Virus record (IMG/VR): IMGVR_UViG_3300027278_000003
DNA from: a virus
Lineage: Duplodnaviria > Caudoviricetes
Strand: one strand, 5' to 3'
DNA: 64,000 nt
In this document: piece by piece, positions 16,928 through 26,458 of the stretch
Numbering within the stretch: the first letter of the stretch is position 1
Layout of the letters: every line of letters begins with the position of its first letter
The notes under the pieces: model-generated
Seen by the model: only the letters and a program-made list of their open reading frames with translations
Told to the model about the DNA's origin: nothing
The model's database searches: none
Made by a program: the position numbers and the translations under genes

Positions 16928-18862
16928 ATGGGCGTTCTAGAAAAGTTTACCAAAGTTTATGCTAGTAAGCAAGAAGATGAAATGTCAATTGCTGAATACT
17001 TAGAACTTTGTAAGACAGATCGGCTTGCATATGCTACAGCGGCGGAGCGTATGCTACAAGCAATCGGTGAACCTGAAATTGTTGACACAAGTTCAGATCC
17101 ACGACTAAGCCGTATCTTCTTAAACCGTACTATTAAAGTTTATCCAGCATTCAAAGATTTCTTTGGAATGGAAGAAACAATTGAGCGCCTGGTCGCTTAT
17201 TTCCGACATTCTGCACAAGGTCTAGAAGAAAAGAAACAAGTACTTTATCTTCTTGGTCCAGTTGGTGGTGGTAAATCATCACTCGCAGAGCGTTTAAAAG
17301 AACTAATGGAAGTACATCCAATCTATGTACTAAAAGCAGGCGACGAACTATCGCCAATATTTGAAACTCCTCTAGGATTGTTTGAACCAAAGCAGTTCGC
17401 AGCAGACCTAGAAGAAGAATATGGTATCTCAAAGCGTTATATCAACGGTCTACTTTCACCGTGGGCAGTAAAGCGTCTTGATGAATTTAGTGGTGATATT
17501 ACAAAGTTCTCAGTAGTCAAGATGTACCCAAGTAAGTTGAAGCAAATTGGCATCATGAAAACTGAACCCGGTGATGATAACAACCAAGACATTTCATCAC
17601 TAGTAGGCAAGACTGATATTCGTAAACTAGAATATTTCTCACAAAACGATCCGGACTCATACGCATTCTCCGGTGGTCTCTGCCGAGGCAACCAAGGTAT
17701 GATGGAGTTCGTTGAAATGTTCAAAGCACCAATTAAAGTGCTTCACCCACTACTTACTGCAACGCAGGAAGGCAACTACATGGGGACAGAAGGCATTTCA
17801 GCTATTCCATTCAACGGTGTAGTAGTTGCACACTCTAACGAAAGCGAATGGGAAGCATTCCGCAACAACAAGAACAACGAAGCGTTCTTGGATCGTGTTT
17901 ACATTGTTAAAGTTCCATACTGCTTGCGCACAGATGAAGAAACACACATCTATGCAAAGATGCTACAGTCTTCTGGTCTAGACAATTCGAAGTGCGCACC
18001 TCACACACTTGAAATGCTTGCACAGTTCACAGTTCTGTCACGTTTGAAAGAACACACAAACTCAAATCTTCCAGCGAAGATGCGAGTGTACAATGGCGAA
18101 AATCTACAAGATGTTGACCCAAGAGCAAAGACGATGCAAGAATATAAAGATGTTGCAGGTGTTGATGAAGGTATGAGTGGTATTTCTACTCGTTTCGCTT
18201 TCAAAATTCTGTCACAGACATTCAACTTTGACACAAATGAAGTTAGTGCAGACCCAGTACACTTGATGTATGTTCTAGAAACCGCAATCAAGCGTGAACA
18301 ATTCCCAGAAGAAACGGAGCAACGTCTTCTTTCATACATCAAAGACTATCTAAGTGTTCGTTATGCAGAGCAAGTAGGTAATGAAATTCAGAAAGCATAT
18401 CTAGAAAGTTATAACGAATATGGACAGAACTTGTTTGATCGTTATCTAGATTATGCGGATCACTGGATTCAAAATATTGATTACAAAGATCCCGATACCG
18501 GTAACCTCTTTGATCGTTCAATTCTAAATGAAGAACTTGAAAAGATTGAAAAACCAGCTGGCATCGCAAATCCAAAAGACTTCCGTAATGAAGTCGTTAA
18601 TTGGGTTCTTCGTGCGCGAGTTAAATATGACGGTAACAACCCACCTTGGACTGCATACGAAAAGATGCGTGAAGTTATCGAAAACAAGATGTTCGCAGGA
18701 ACAGAAGAACTACTTCCAGTTATTTCTTTCGGCAGCAAAAAGTCAAAAGAAGAAGAACAGAAGCACAACGACTTTGTTTCACGCATGATCGAAAAGGGTT
18801 ATACCGGGCGTCAGGTAAAACGACTAGTAGAATGGTATATGCGCGTACAAAAGTCTAACTAA
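16928..18862 (+). CDS. prkA: PrkA/YeaG family AAA+ serine protein kinase
   Basis: LLGPVGGGKSSLAERLK, TEPGDDNNQDIS, EFVEMFK, NEAFLDR. Confidence 0.95.
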   Translation: MGVLEKFTKVYASKQEDEMSIAEYLELCKTDRLAYATAAERMLQAIGEPEIVDTSSDPRLSRIFLNRTIKVYPAFKDFFGMEETIERLVAYFRHSAQGLEEKKQVLYLLGPVGGGKSSLAERLKELMEVHPIYVLKAGDELSPIFETPLGLFEPKQFAADLEEEYGISKRYINGLLSPWAVKRLDEFSGDITKFSVVKMYPSKLKQIGIMKTEPGDDNNQDISSLVGKTDIRKLEYFSQNDPDSYAFSGGLCRGNQGMMEFVEMFKAPIKVLHPLLTATQEGNYMGTEGISAIPFNGVVVAHSNESEWEAFRNNKNNEAFLDRVYIVKVPYCLRTDEETHIYAKMLQSSGLDNSKCAPHTLEMLAQFTVLSRLKEHTNSNLPAKMRVYNGENLQDVDPRAKTMQEYKDVAGVDEGMSGISTRFAFKILSQTFNFDTNEVSADPVHLMYVLETAIKREQFPEETEQRLLSYIKDYLSVRYAEQVGNEIQKAYLESYNEYGQNLFDRYLDYADHWIQNIDYKDPDTGNLFDRSILNEELEKIEKPAGIANPKDFRNEVVNWVLRARVKYDGNNPPWTAYEKMREVIENKMFAGTEELLPVISFGSKKSKEEEQKHNDFVSRMIEKGYTGRQVKRLVEWYMRVQKSN

Positions 18863-18871
18863 GGACTTATA

Positions 18872-20161
18872 ATGGCAAACACTATCATTGATCGAAGAAA
18901 AAATCCTGGCGGAAAAAGTTCAGGTAATCGTCAAAAGTTCATTAAAAGAACTAAAGATGAAATTAGAAAAAGCATCCACGAGTCTTTAGGCAAACGCAGC
19001 ATCAAAGGTTCGGGGGACGATCAAGAAGTGGTCATTACTCGTAAAGGTATAAGTGAACCGCAATTCAATCACAAGAGCGATAGCGGTTCACGTGATATTG
19101 TTCTCCCAGGAAACGAAGATTTCGTAGAAGGGGACTTGCTACAGAAACCAAAAGGTGGAGGCTCTGGTGGAGGCTCTGGTGAAGGGAAAGCAAGCAATGA
19201 GGGCGAAGGCGAAGACGAATTTGGTTTTGCTCTCAGCAATGACGAATTTATCAATATACTTTTCGAAGACCTAGAACTTCCTCACATGATTAGCAAAGAG
19301 AACAAAACAGTAGAACGTTTTGAAATGTCTCGCAGTGGCTATACCAATGAAGGTAACCCCGCACAGCTAAATCTAGAACAGAGTATGATTAATTCAATGG
19401 GTCGTAAGATCGCATTGAAAACGCCAAAGCTACGTAAGATACGTGAACTTGAAGCGATACTTGAAACTGAGGAAGACGAAGATAAGCGTTTAGAACTTGA
19501 AGAAGAAATTCGTAAACTACGAATTCGTGCAAATTCGGTAGCATTCGTTGATCCAGTAGATTTACGTTACAATAACTTTTCCAAGAAACCTAGACCTACT
19601 TCACAAGCTGTTGTGTTTTTTGTTATGGACGTTTCTGCGTCTATGACAGAGTTTCATAAAGAACTTGCAAAACGCTATTTCATGCTATTGAACTTGTTTA
19701 TTTCTCGCAAGTATAAGCGAGTAGAATGTGTGTTCATTAGGCACCACATTACTGCACGTGAATGTTCCGAAGAAGAATTCTTCAATCTCAGGGAAAACGG
19801 TGGTACAACCGTAAGTAGTGCATTTGAACTTGCGAAAGATATTCTTAAAGATAGGTATTCGCCAAATGAGTGGAACATCTATTTCGCACAAGCAAGCGAT
19901 GGTGACAACTGGAGTGAAGACAACGAAAAATTGAAGAATATTCTGTCAAAAGATATTCTACCAATCACACAGTATTTTAGTTATATTCAGGTTGGTGAAA
20001 TGCGTAAAGGTAGCTATTACGCGTCTGGTAACCTAATTGACGAATACAAGAAGCTAGAAAGCACACACAAAAATCTCATATCTAAGTATATTGAGAATAG
20101 ATCAGACATCTATCCAGTATTCCGAGAAATATTTAAGAAACAGGACGCAAAAGCTAAATGA
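18872..20161 (+). CDS. yeaH: YeaH/YhbH (DUF444) vWA-like protein
   Basis: IIDRRKNP, VLPGNEDFVEGD, MDVSASM, FIRHH, ASDGDN. Confidence 0.93.
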   Translation: MANTIIDRRKNPGGKSSGNRQKFIKRTKDEIRKSIHESLGKRSIKGSGDDQEVVITRKGISEPQFNHKSDSGSRDIVLPGNEDFVEGDLLQKPKGGGSGGGSGEGKASNEGEGEDEFGFALSNDEFINILFEDLELPHMISKENKTVERFEMSRSGYTNEGNPAQLNLEQSMINSMGRKIALKTPKLRKIRELEAILETEEDEDKRLELEEEIRKLRIRANSVAFVDPVDLRYNNFSKKPRPTSQAVVFFVMDVSASMTEFHKELAKRYFMLLNLFISRKYKRVECVFIRHHITARECSEEEFFNLRENGGTTVSSAFELAKDILKDRYSPNEWNIYFAQASDGDNWSEDNEKLKNILSKDILPITQYFSYIQVGEMRKGSYYASGNLIDEYKKLESTHKNLISKYIENRSDIYPVFREIFKKQDAKAK

Positions 20162-21657
20162 GTAATCTACTATACACCGGTACACATTGGGACTTCGACA
20201 AACTTTATAGCGTCATGGATGCGTGTGAAGAAATCGCAGTCAACGATATGGGACTAGATTGCTTCCCAAACCAAATTGAAATTATCACAGTAGAACAGAT
20301 GCTTGATGCTTACAGCAGTGTTGGCATGCCGCTAATGTATAATCATTGGAGTTTTGGTAAGAGTTTCATCGGAAACATGCAACAGTATCGCAAAGGCCAC
20401 ATGGGCCTTGCATACGAACTTGTTATTAATAGTAATCCTTGCATCAACTATTTGATGGAAGAAAACTCTATGACTACGCAGGCACTTGTTATTGCACATG
20501 CTGCATTCGGTCACAATCACTTCTTTAAGAACAACTATTTGTTCAAGCAGTGGACATCGCCTGATGCCATTGTAGATTATCTTGTATTTGCTAAAAATTA
20601 TATTCGTGAATGCGAAGAACGTTACGGTGAAGCACTCGTTGAGGAAACTCTTGATGCTTGCCACGCAATTCAATATCAGAGTATTAACAAGTATAAGCGT
20701 CCTACGAAGTTGAACGCAAAACTTGAAGCAGAAAAACAACGTGAACGTAGTCAATATCTACAATCGCAGGTGAATGACCTTTGGAGAACAGTACCAAAGA
20801 AAGAAGAAGATAAGAAAGCAGAAAAACGAGTATGGCCAAGTGAACCAGAAGAAAATCTACTTTACTTCTTAGAAAAGCATTCTCCGGTACTTCGTCCATG
20901 GCAACGTGAGATTTGTCGCATTGTTAGACGTATTGCACAATACTTCTATCCGCAATATCAAACAAAAGTTATGAACGAAGGTTTTGCAAGTTTCACGCAT
21001 CACTACATCTTCAATGAACTTTATAATCAAGGAAAAGTTGACGATGGTGCGATGATTGAATTCTTCAAATTGCACAGTGCGGTGTTGTATCAACCAAACT
21101 TCAATTCAAAGCATTACAGTGGATTCAATCCATATGCTCTTGGATTTGCAATTCTAAAAGATGTACAACGTGCATGTGAGACACCTGACAAAGAAGATGA
21201 AGAATGGTTCCCACATATTGTCGGAACTGATTGGCGCGAAACTATTCGTGACATTGTTGCGAATTATCGTGACGAAAGTGCAATTCGTCAATTCTTAGGT
21301 CCAAAAGTAATTCGTGATTGGAAATTGTTCACTCTGCACGATGAAGAATATTTTGACAACTATGTTGTTACAAGTATTCACAATGAAAAAGGATATCGTG
21401 ATGTTCGTAAGAGTCTTAGCGCACAGTACGAAACAGCAGCGATGATTCCAGATATTCAGGTCACGGAAGCAGATATCACAGAAACACGTGAGTTGACACT
21501 TACTCACCACAGTTATCAAGGTCGCAGATTGAATAAGAAAGATGCAGATCAAGTTCTTATCAATATTCAAAAGCTGTGGGGATACGATGTTAGATTGTAC
21601 AGTATGTACAACGATGAAACGTTAGATGTATATGAATGTAAACGTCTCATAAAATAA
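20158..21657 (+). CDS. ycgB: SpoVR/YcgB family protein
   Basis: GMPLMYNHWSFGK, AYELVINSNPC, HAAFGHNHFFKNN, TKVMNEGFAS. Confidence 0.95.
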   Translation: MSNLLYTGTHWDFDKLYSVMDACEEIAVNDMGLDCFPNQIEIITVEQMLDAYSSVGMPLMYNHWSFGKSFIGNMQQYRKGHMGLAYELVINSNPCINYLMEENSMTTQALVIAHAAFGHNHFFKNNYLFKQWTSPDAIVDYLVFAKNYIRECEERYGEALVEETLDACHAIQYQSINKYKRPTKLNAKLEAEKQRERSQYLQSQVNDLWRTVPKKEEDKKAEKRVWPSEPEENLLYFLEKHSPVLRPWQREICRIVRRIAQYFYPQYQTKVMNEGFASFTHHYIFNELYNQGKVDDGAMIEFFKLHSAVLYQPNFNSKHYSGFNPYALGFAILKDVQRACETPDKEDEEWFPHIVGTDWRETIRDIVANYRDESAIRQFLGPKVIRDWKLFTLHDEEYFDNYVVTSIHNEKGYRDVRKSLSAQYETAAMIPDIQVTEADITETRELTLTHHSYQGRRLNKKDADQVLINIQKLWGYDVRLYSMYNDETLDVYECKRLIK

Positions 21658-21661
21658 TAAT

Positions 21662-21692
21662 AAAAGCCGCTTCAAAGAGCGGCTTTTATTTT
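21662..21692. terminator. Bidirectional terminator between convergent operons
   Basis: AAAAGCCGCT-TCAAAG-AGCGGCTTTT with A/T tracts on both sides. Confidence 0.8.
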
Positions 21693-21791
21693 TATCCAAA
21701 AATTATGTTCTAGTACTGGTATGGCGAACAACCAAGGTTTTTTATTTGGTAATGAAATAAAATCCCATTCTTCATCATTATAAGGCCACAT
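21672..21791 (-). CDS. Unlisted 39-aa protein MWPYNDEEWDFISLPNKKPWLFAIPVLEHNFWIKIKAAL
   Basis: TAATG overlap with upstream ORF; ends in terminator. Confidence 0.6.
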   Translation of the reverse strand: MWPYNDEEWDFISLPNKKPWLFAIPVLEHNFWIKIKAAL

Positions 21792-21946
21792 TAGTCTCTC
21801 AAACTTTTAACTTGCATCATGCAGTTTTTTGCTTCTGCATGATATCCTAGACGGGTTAGCTCACGTGCTGCACGTGCGTATCCTAGAATTTCAAATGCAA
21901 TCTTTACTCTATGCCAAAATGATGGCTTATTGGAAATAGATGTCAT
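21791..21946 (-). CDS. Unlisted 51-aa protein MTSISNKPSFWHRVKIAFEILGYARAARELTRLGYHAEAKNCMMQVKSLRD
   Basis: GGAG RBS, ATGA overlap with upstream ORF. Confidence 0.7.
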   Translation of the reverse strand: MTSISNKPSFWHRVKIAFEILGYARAARELTRLGYHAEAKNCMMQVKSLRD

Positions 21947-22101
21947 AGTTTTACTCCAGATACTGGTTGTTTACCATTGATTAGTTGGTAGTAAGCATAC
22001 TGCCAATCTTTACCATATTCTACTTTAGCAAGATTCATCAATTGATGTTCACGCATTTTACGGTCTTCTCTAATAAAACTCAAAAACTTTTTAAACATCA
22101 T
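21943..22101 (-). CDS. Unlisted 52-aa protein MMFKKFLSFIREDRKMREHQLMNLAKVEYGKDWQYAYYQLINGKQPVSGVKL
   Basis: TAATG overlap with upstream ORF. Confidence 0.7.
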   Translation of the reverse strand: MMFKKFLSFIREDRKMREHQLMNLAKVEYGKDWQYAYYQLINGKQPVSGVKL

Positions 22102-22277
22102 TATACCCACCCGTTTAAATTTTTATTTTGTTGTTGCCATGGGGCTTGTCCACGATCCATCTGACGCACACGGCGTTCAAGATCAACTAGGTCTGTCGAT
22201 TCTGCCAAATATGCTTCTTTTATATCTTTATAATAATCACGGGCTGTAAACAGTCTTGAGAAAAATCTTTTAATCAT
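22101..22277 (-). CDS. Unlisted 58-aa DUF3563-like protein
   Basis: EAYLAESTDLVDLERRVRQMDR motif; GGAGG RBS; ATGA overlap with DUF1127 gene. Confidence 0.75.
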   Translation of the reverse strand: MIKRFFSRLFTARDYYKDIKEAYLAESTDLVDLERRVRQMDRGQAPWQQQNKNLNGWV

Positions 22278-22492
22278 TTGTATGCCTCCATTGCTACTGA
22301 ACGGATCATACTGCGTGAAATGCCAATATCTGCAAGTTCACGGTCTGTTAGTTTGTTTAGTTCTTTAATAGCGATAGCAGTTGCACGGTCTGTGATAATT
22401 TTGTCGCGTAGTGACTTGTATGAGGATATGATTGGGTCGAACACTGAACCCAGATCAAGAATTGCTACCATTGCTGTAACGAATTGTGTCAT
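22274..22492 (-). CDS. DUF1127 (YjiS-like) small protein
   Basis: IKELNKLTDRELADIGISRSMI signature. Confidence 0.9.
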   Translation of the reverse strand: MTQFVTAMVAILDLGSVFDPIISSYKSLRDKIITDRATAIAIKELNKLTDRELADIGISRSMIRSVAMEAYK

Positions 22493-22562
22493 TTTTTCTT
22501 CCTATATATATGTGTGTGTAAATAACGTATGCTGCATCGCAGCGTCTACTATTATTTATTAC

Positions 22563-22591
22563 AATATAGCACTCCAAAACTCAATTTTCAA
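22563..22591 (-). promoter_or_regulatory. Sigma70 promoter of the DUF1127 operon
   Basis: Minus strand TTGAAA-N17-TATATT. Confidence 0.7.
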
Positions 22592-22613
22592 CTGTTGTTA
22601 GCGCAATGCCGCC

Positions 22614-22628
22614 ATGCGAGAAATGCAT
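22614..22628. promoter_or_regulatory. Palindromic LysR-type (T-N11-A) box ATGC-N7-GCAT
   Basis: ATGCGAGAAATGCAT, centred about -65 from the minus-strand promoter and between divergent promoters. Confidence 0.6.
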
Positions 22629-22642
22629 AGCACAATTAGTAC

Positions 22643-22671
22643 TTGTAATACGTGTAGTGTTATGATATAAT
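22643..22671 (+). promoter_or_regulatory. Sigma70 promoter of the yggX operon
   Basis: TTGTAA-N17-TATAAT. Confidence 0.65.
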
Positions 22672-22695
22672 GTTTCTATTATTATGGAGGTAGAC

Positions 22696-22980
22696 ATGAC
22701 TACAGTATTTTGCGCAAAGTACAAGCAAGAACTCCCCGCGCAATCAAAGGCGCCGTTCCCAGGTGCGGCAGGAGTGGAAATTCTGAATACAATTTCAGAG
22801 AAAGCATGGAATGAATGGCTATCATTTCAAACAATGGTGATCAACGAAGAACGTCTTAATATGATGGATCCCAACGCACGTGCGTTTTTGACGGAATTAC
22901 GGTACAAGTTTTTCTATGAAGATGTTGAATTAGAAACACCAGAAGATTTTGTTGATCCTAACATTCCAAATTTGAGGTAA
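22696..22980 (+). CDS. yggX: Fe(II)-trafficking/oxidative damage protection protein
   Basis: TVFCAKY, PFPGAAG, ISEKAWNEWLSFQTMVINEERLNMMDP; GGAGG RBS before ATG 22696. Confidence 0.9.
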   Translation: MTTVFCAKYKQELPAQSKAPFPGAAGVEILNTISEKAWNEWLSFQTMVINEERLNMMDPNARAFLTELRYKFFYEDVELETPEDFVDPNIPNLR

Positions 22981-23895
22981 TTGATGCAGCTAAAAGGTAA
23001 AGTACTAGTGACAGGCGGCGCCGGGTATATCGGTACGGAGTTAGTGTCACAGTTAATAAGAGATGGATATCAAGTTTCGGTTCTTGATAAAAAAGAAAAA
23101 CCGCAAGGATGGGAGCATATCAAGTATATCAAAGGCGATATACAAAATGCAGCAAAATGCGTTATGGCTTGTGCCGGCCAAGACTATGTTATACACTTAG
23201 CCGCAAAGCCTCGTATCCCTGAAAGTTTCATCAACCCAGATGATTATTACGACAATAACGTGACTGGTACGAAAAATATGCTAACTGCCGCAGCCGCAGT
23301 TGGTGTGCGAAAGTTTGTTTATGCGAGTAGTTCAAGTGTATACGGTAACAATCCCGCCCCGCACAAACCGTACCACAAACCTGACCCATTGAATTATTAT
23401 GCTATGACCAAGTTGTTTGGGGAGCATCTTTGTAAACAGTACAAGAATATGTTCGATTTGAACTACAATGTGCTTCGTTTCTTTACCGTATATTCAGAAG
23501 ATCAGCCCAACACAAATGAAGGTGGTTTGATGATTGGTAAGTTTGCTCGACTAGCAAAAGAGGGTGAGCCTCTAACAATTCATGGTGAAGGGGATTACAT
23601 GCGAGATTACGTACACGTGACCGATGTTGCACGTGCGTGTATTGCAAGTATGGAAAGCAAAGTAAAGAGTGAAATTTTCAACGTTGGTACTGGTACGAAT
23701 ATATCAGTGAATGCTGTTGTAGAAATTCTTCGAAAGTATGCGCCTAATCTAGAGACTATAAATATAGATAACCCAAAAGGGTATGCTAAAGAGACTTTAG
23801 CAGACATATCAAAAATTAAAAAACTACTAGATTGGCATCCGACTGTTTCAATCGCAGACGGAATAGACAGGACTTTTAAGAATCTATTACAATGA
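22981..23895 (+). CDS. NAD-dependent epimerase/dehydratase
   Basis: VTGGAGYIG, HLAA, ASSSSVYG, YAMTK, RDYVHVTDVA. Confidence 0.92.
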   Translation: MMQLKGKVLVTGGAGYIGTELVSQLIRDGYQVSVLDKKEKPQGWEHIKYIKGDIQNAAKCVMACAGQDYVIHLAAKPRIPESFINPDDYYDNNVTGTKNMLTAAAAVGVRKFVYASSSSVYGNNPAPHKPYHKPDPLNYYAMTKLFGEHLCKQYKNMFDLNYNVLRFFTVYSEDQPNTNEGGLMIGKFARLAKEGEPLTIHGEGDYMRDYVHVTDVARACIASMESKVKSEIFNVGTGTNISVNAVVEILRKYAPNLETINIDNPKGYAKETLADISKIKKLLDWHPTVSIADGIDRTFKNLLQ

Positions 23896-24797
23896 AACAT
23901 GCAACATATCACACTAGAGAAAAACATAAATCAGAAACCGTATTGAAGTGGTCGATTGTACTACTTTCAATATTCATAATAATAGAAGTGTGGGGCTGGG
24001 TCATCACAAACTCACTTGCCCTACTAGGAGATGCTGGGCATTTGGCAACAGATGTACTTGCCTTGTGTGTTACTCTCTTCGGCTTCTATGTAGGCAAGAG
24101 GAAACCAACCGACGAATATTCTTATGGGTACAGACGTAGTGAAGTACTCGCTGCACTCTTTAATGCCATAGCGTGGTTTGTTCTATTCGGGTTTATTATA
24201 TATGAATCAATACGGCGAATAGTCCATGTTGAGGCAGTTGATCCTCTACCGATGATTGGCATTGCGGTTATTGGTCTACTAGCAAATATTGTAGTATTTA
24301 AATTACTACATGCCGGGCATTCGCATGACAATATAAACATGCGTGGAGCAATATTACATGTTCTCATGGATATATTCGGAAGTGTTGCAGCTATTGTTGC
24401 AGGTATAATTATATATTTTACAGATTGGTATTATGCTGATCCTATCATGTCTGTCATACTAGCAGGTATTATTTTACGTAGTGGTTGGGAATTATTACGC
24501 GACAGTGTAAACATTCTTATGGAACGCAAACCGGATAACATAGATATTAAAAAACTCAAAGAAACATTAATGACATACGTAGACGATGTTATCGATGTTC
24601 ATCATATACATATATGGGAAATATCAAGTGGTCAGGTTGCGGCAACACTACACATATCGCTAATTGATGGTGGTAGCTGCAATGATGCAATTTATAATGC
24701 AAAGAAAACATTACATAAAGAATTTGGAATAGTACATGCAACTATTCAAGCGGAGCATGGAAATTGCCCAGACGAGGAATTATTTTATGACGTATGA
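23892..24797 (+). CDS. CDF family Zn/Co/Cd efflux transporter (ZitB/CzcD-like)
   Basis: SLALLGDAGHLATD, YGYRRSEVLAA, NMRGAILHVLMD, HHIHIW, HATIQ. Confidence 0.92.
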   Translation: MKHATYHTREKHKSETVLKWSIVLLSIFIIIEVWGWVITNSLALLGDAGHLATDVLALCVTLFGFYVGKRKPTDEYSYGYRRSEVLAALFNAIAWFVLFGFIIYESIRRIVHVEAVDPLPMIGIAVIGLLANIVVFKLLHAGHSHDNINMRGAILHVLMDIFGSVAAIVAGIIIYFTDWYYADPIMSVILAGIILRSGWELLRDSVNILMERKPDNIDIKKLKETLMTYVDDVIDVHHIHIWEISSGQVAATLHISLIDGGSCNDAIYNAKKTLHKEFGIVHATIQAEHGNCPDEELFYDV

Positions 24798-25299
24798 GTT
24801 AGTAAAAGAAACAGATCCAATATTGAAGCAGAAATGTCAAGAGCATATTATTTCAGAAGAAACTAAGGATTTAGTTTACAGTATGATTGTTACTATGCAA
24901 GAACACGATGGAATCGGTCTAGCGGCACCACAAGTTGGTGTAGCAGAACGCGTATTCGTTATTGGTCATCGTGACACTGGTTATGTTGTATGTATAAATC
25001 CAAAGTGGGAACCAACCGAAGACAGTGAGGAAGAACTATTCCTCGAAGGGTGTTTGAGTTTTCCACATTTGCAGATGAAAGTAAAGCGTCATAACAAAGT
25101 GCGTTGTGAGTTTACAGACGTTAACGGTGTTAGAAAGACTTCTGAGTTTGTAGGTGTATGGGCACAGGCAATCCAACATGAGTATGATCATCTTGAAGGA
25201 GTCACATTCGATGAACGTGCGGGTTCTACTGCACTTTCTATTGCAAAATCTAAACGCAGAGAAAAGTTGAAGCGAATTGGAAGAAAATCAAAAAAATGA
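24787..25299 (+). CDS. def: Peptide deformylase
   Basis: GIGLAAPQVG, EGCLSFP, QHEYDHLEG; start taken at ATG 24787. Confidence 0.95.
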   Translation: MTYELVKETDPILKQKCQEHIISEETKDLVYSMIVTMQEHDGIGLAAPQVGVAERVFVIGHRDTGYVVCINPKWEPTEDSEEELFLEGCLSFPHLQMKVKRHNKVRCEFTDVNGVRKTSEFVGVWAQAIQHEYDHLEGVTFDERAGSTALSIAKSKRREKLKRIGRKSKK

Positions 25300-26195
25300 A
25301 TTGGGACGATTATACACTTTATAGTTTTGGGGATAGTTTTACATTTGGTCAGGGGTTAGTTGCCGAAAAATTTATTAACAGTGGTTTTTCTGAATTTGAT
25401 GATTATGCGGCAGAAACTCATAAACTTGCTTATACCAACAAGTTGAAAAACAAACTTGGCTTTAAAGCTGCTTATAATTTTGGAATACCTGCAGGTTCGA
25501 ACCAACGGACGTATCAAGAACTGTTAAGATTTGTGTATAACACTCCTTCGGTATCAGCCGATAACAGTTTTGTTCTTATTGCACTTACATATCCATTGAC
25601 AAGAACAATGGTGGGGCACCAGTATGATGATAACCACTATTATGCAGATTTTACACAGACCGCATTTTTGCAAGGATTTCATCAATTATCAAAAATTGGT
25701 GATAATCGTATATCATTGTCGAAGAATGATTCATTTACAATATCTGAAATTTTATTTGACAAACTTGCCATGTTATATACATACGTACAAACTGTAATGT
25801 CTATAAAAGTTCTGTTAGAATCTAGGGGATTAAAATATTATATGTTTGACCTGATGAATGACTTCGGCGAACATGACTATATAGAAAAATATAAAAATCA
25901 CAGCCTGCCTTCGAATTCATATCATAAGTATCAACATGATCGTGATACTTTGTTGAATACATTTAGTGATATGCTACAGCGAGGTGATTTTAAATATTAC
26001 GATTGTTTCAAATACACACTACCAGACAAACCGGGTATATATAATTATTTGTATTACATGTTCGATTATGCATTGCAATCCGGAGATGATTTTGTGTCTA
26101 AATACACTGTACCTGACGGTCATTGGAATGAGTTAGGACATGAACTTGCAGCAAATATAATATGTGAACGTATGAATTTATACGATTACTCTTAG
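25296..26195 (+). CDS. SGNH/GDSL-like hydrolase domain protein
   Basis: FGDSFTFG, NFGIPAGSN, DGHWN. Confidence 0.6.
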   Translation: MNWDDYTLYSFGDSFTFGQGLVAEKFINSGFSEFDDYAAETHKLAYTNKLKNKLGFKAAYNFGIPAGSNQRTYQELLRFVYNTPSVSADNSFVLIALTYPLTRTMVGHQYDDNHYYADFTQTAFLQGFHQLSKIGDNRISLSKNDSFTISEILFDKLAMLYTYVQTVMSIKVLLESRGLKYYMFDLMNDFGEHDYIEKYKNHSLPSNSYHKYQHDRDTLLNTFSDMLQRGDFKYYDCFKYTLPDKPGIYNYLYYMFDYALQSGDDFVSKYTVPDGHWNELGHELAANIICERMNLYDYS

Positions 26196-26203
26196 GAGAC
26201 AGA

Positions 26204-26458
26204 ATGAACCATATTTACGCACAGTATGCGGCATACGCAAAAAAAGCAGTAAAAGAAAAAAACCCAAACAGAGTGTTGGGTGGGCTACGTGGTAGTGGTA
26301 CCGAATCACTGACGATGGTAGCAGAAGATGGCAGCGAACAAAAGTTACCGTCAATGAACTATGTCCGAGGCCTGGAATCAAAGCTACGTGAGCAAGATAA
26401 AAAAATTCAGCAGTTGGAACGACAGGTTCAAATGCTATTAAACGGAGAGAAACGATGA
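26204..26458 (+). CDS. Hypothetical protein with C-terminal coiled coil
   Basis: AGGAG RBS, ORF. Confidence 0.7.
   Translation: MNHIYAQYAAYAKKAVKEKNPNRVLGGLRGSGTESLTMVAEDGSEQKLPSMNYVRGLESKLREQDKKIQQLERQVQMLLNGEKR

Noticed and set aside
22278-22601. 107-aa plus-strand ORF
   Set aside because: Antisense to the well-supported DUF1127 gene and its promoter
24736-24786. Extended N-termini given by the ORF track (also 37985, 46048, 48778, 56534, 57216)
   Set aside because: They overlap upstream genes; internal ATGs with RBS or coupled starts fit better
25494-25503. GGTTCGAACC T-loop-like string
   Set aside because: Inside a coding region with no flanking tRNA stems
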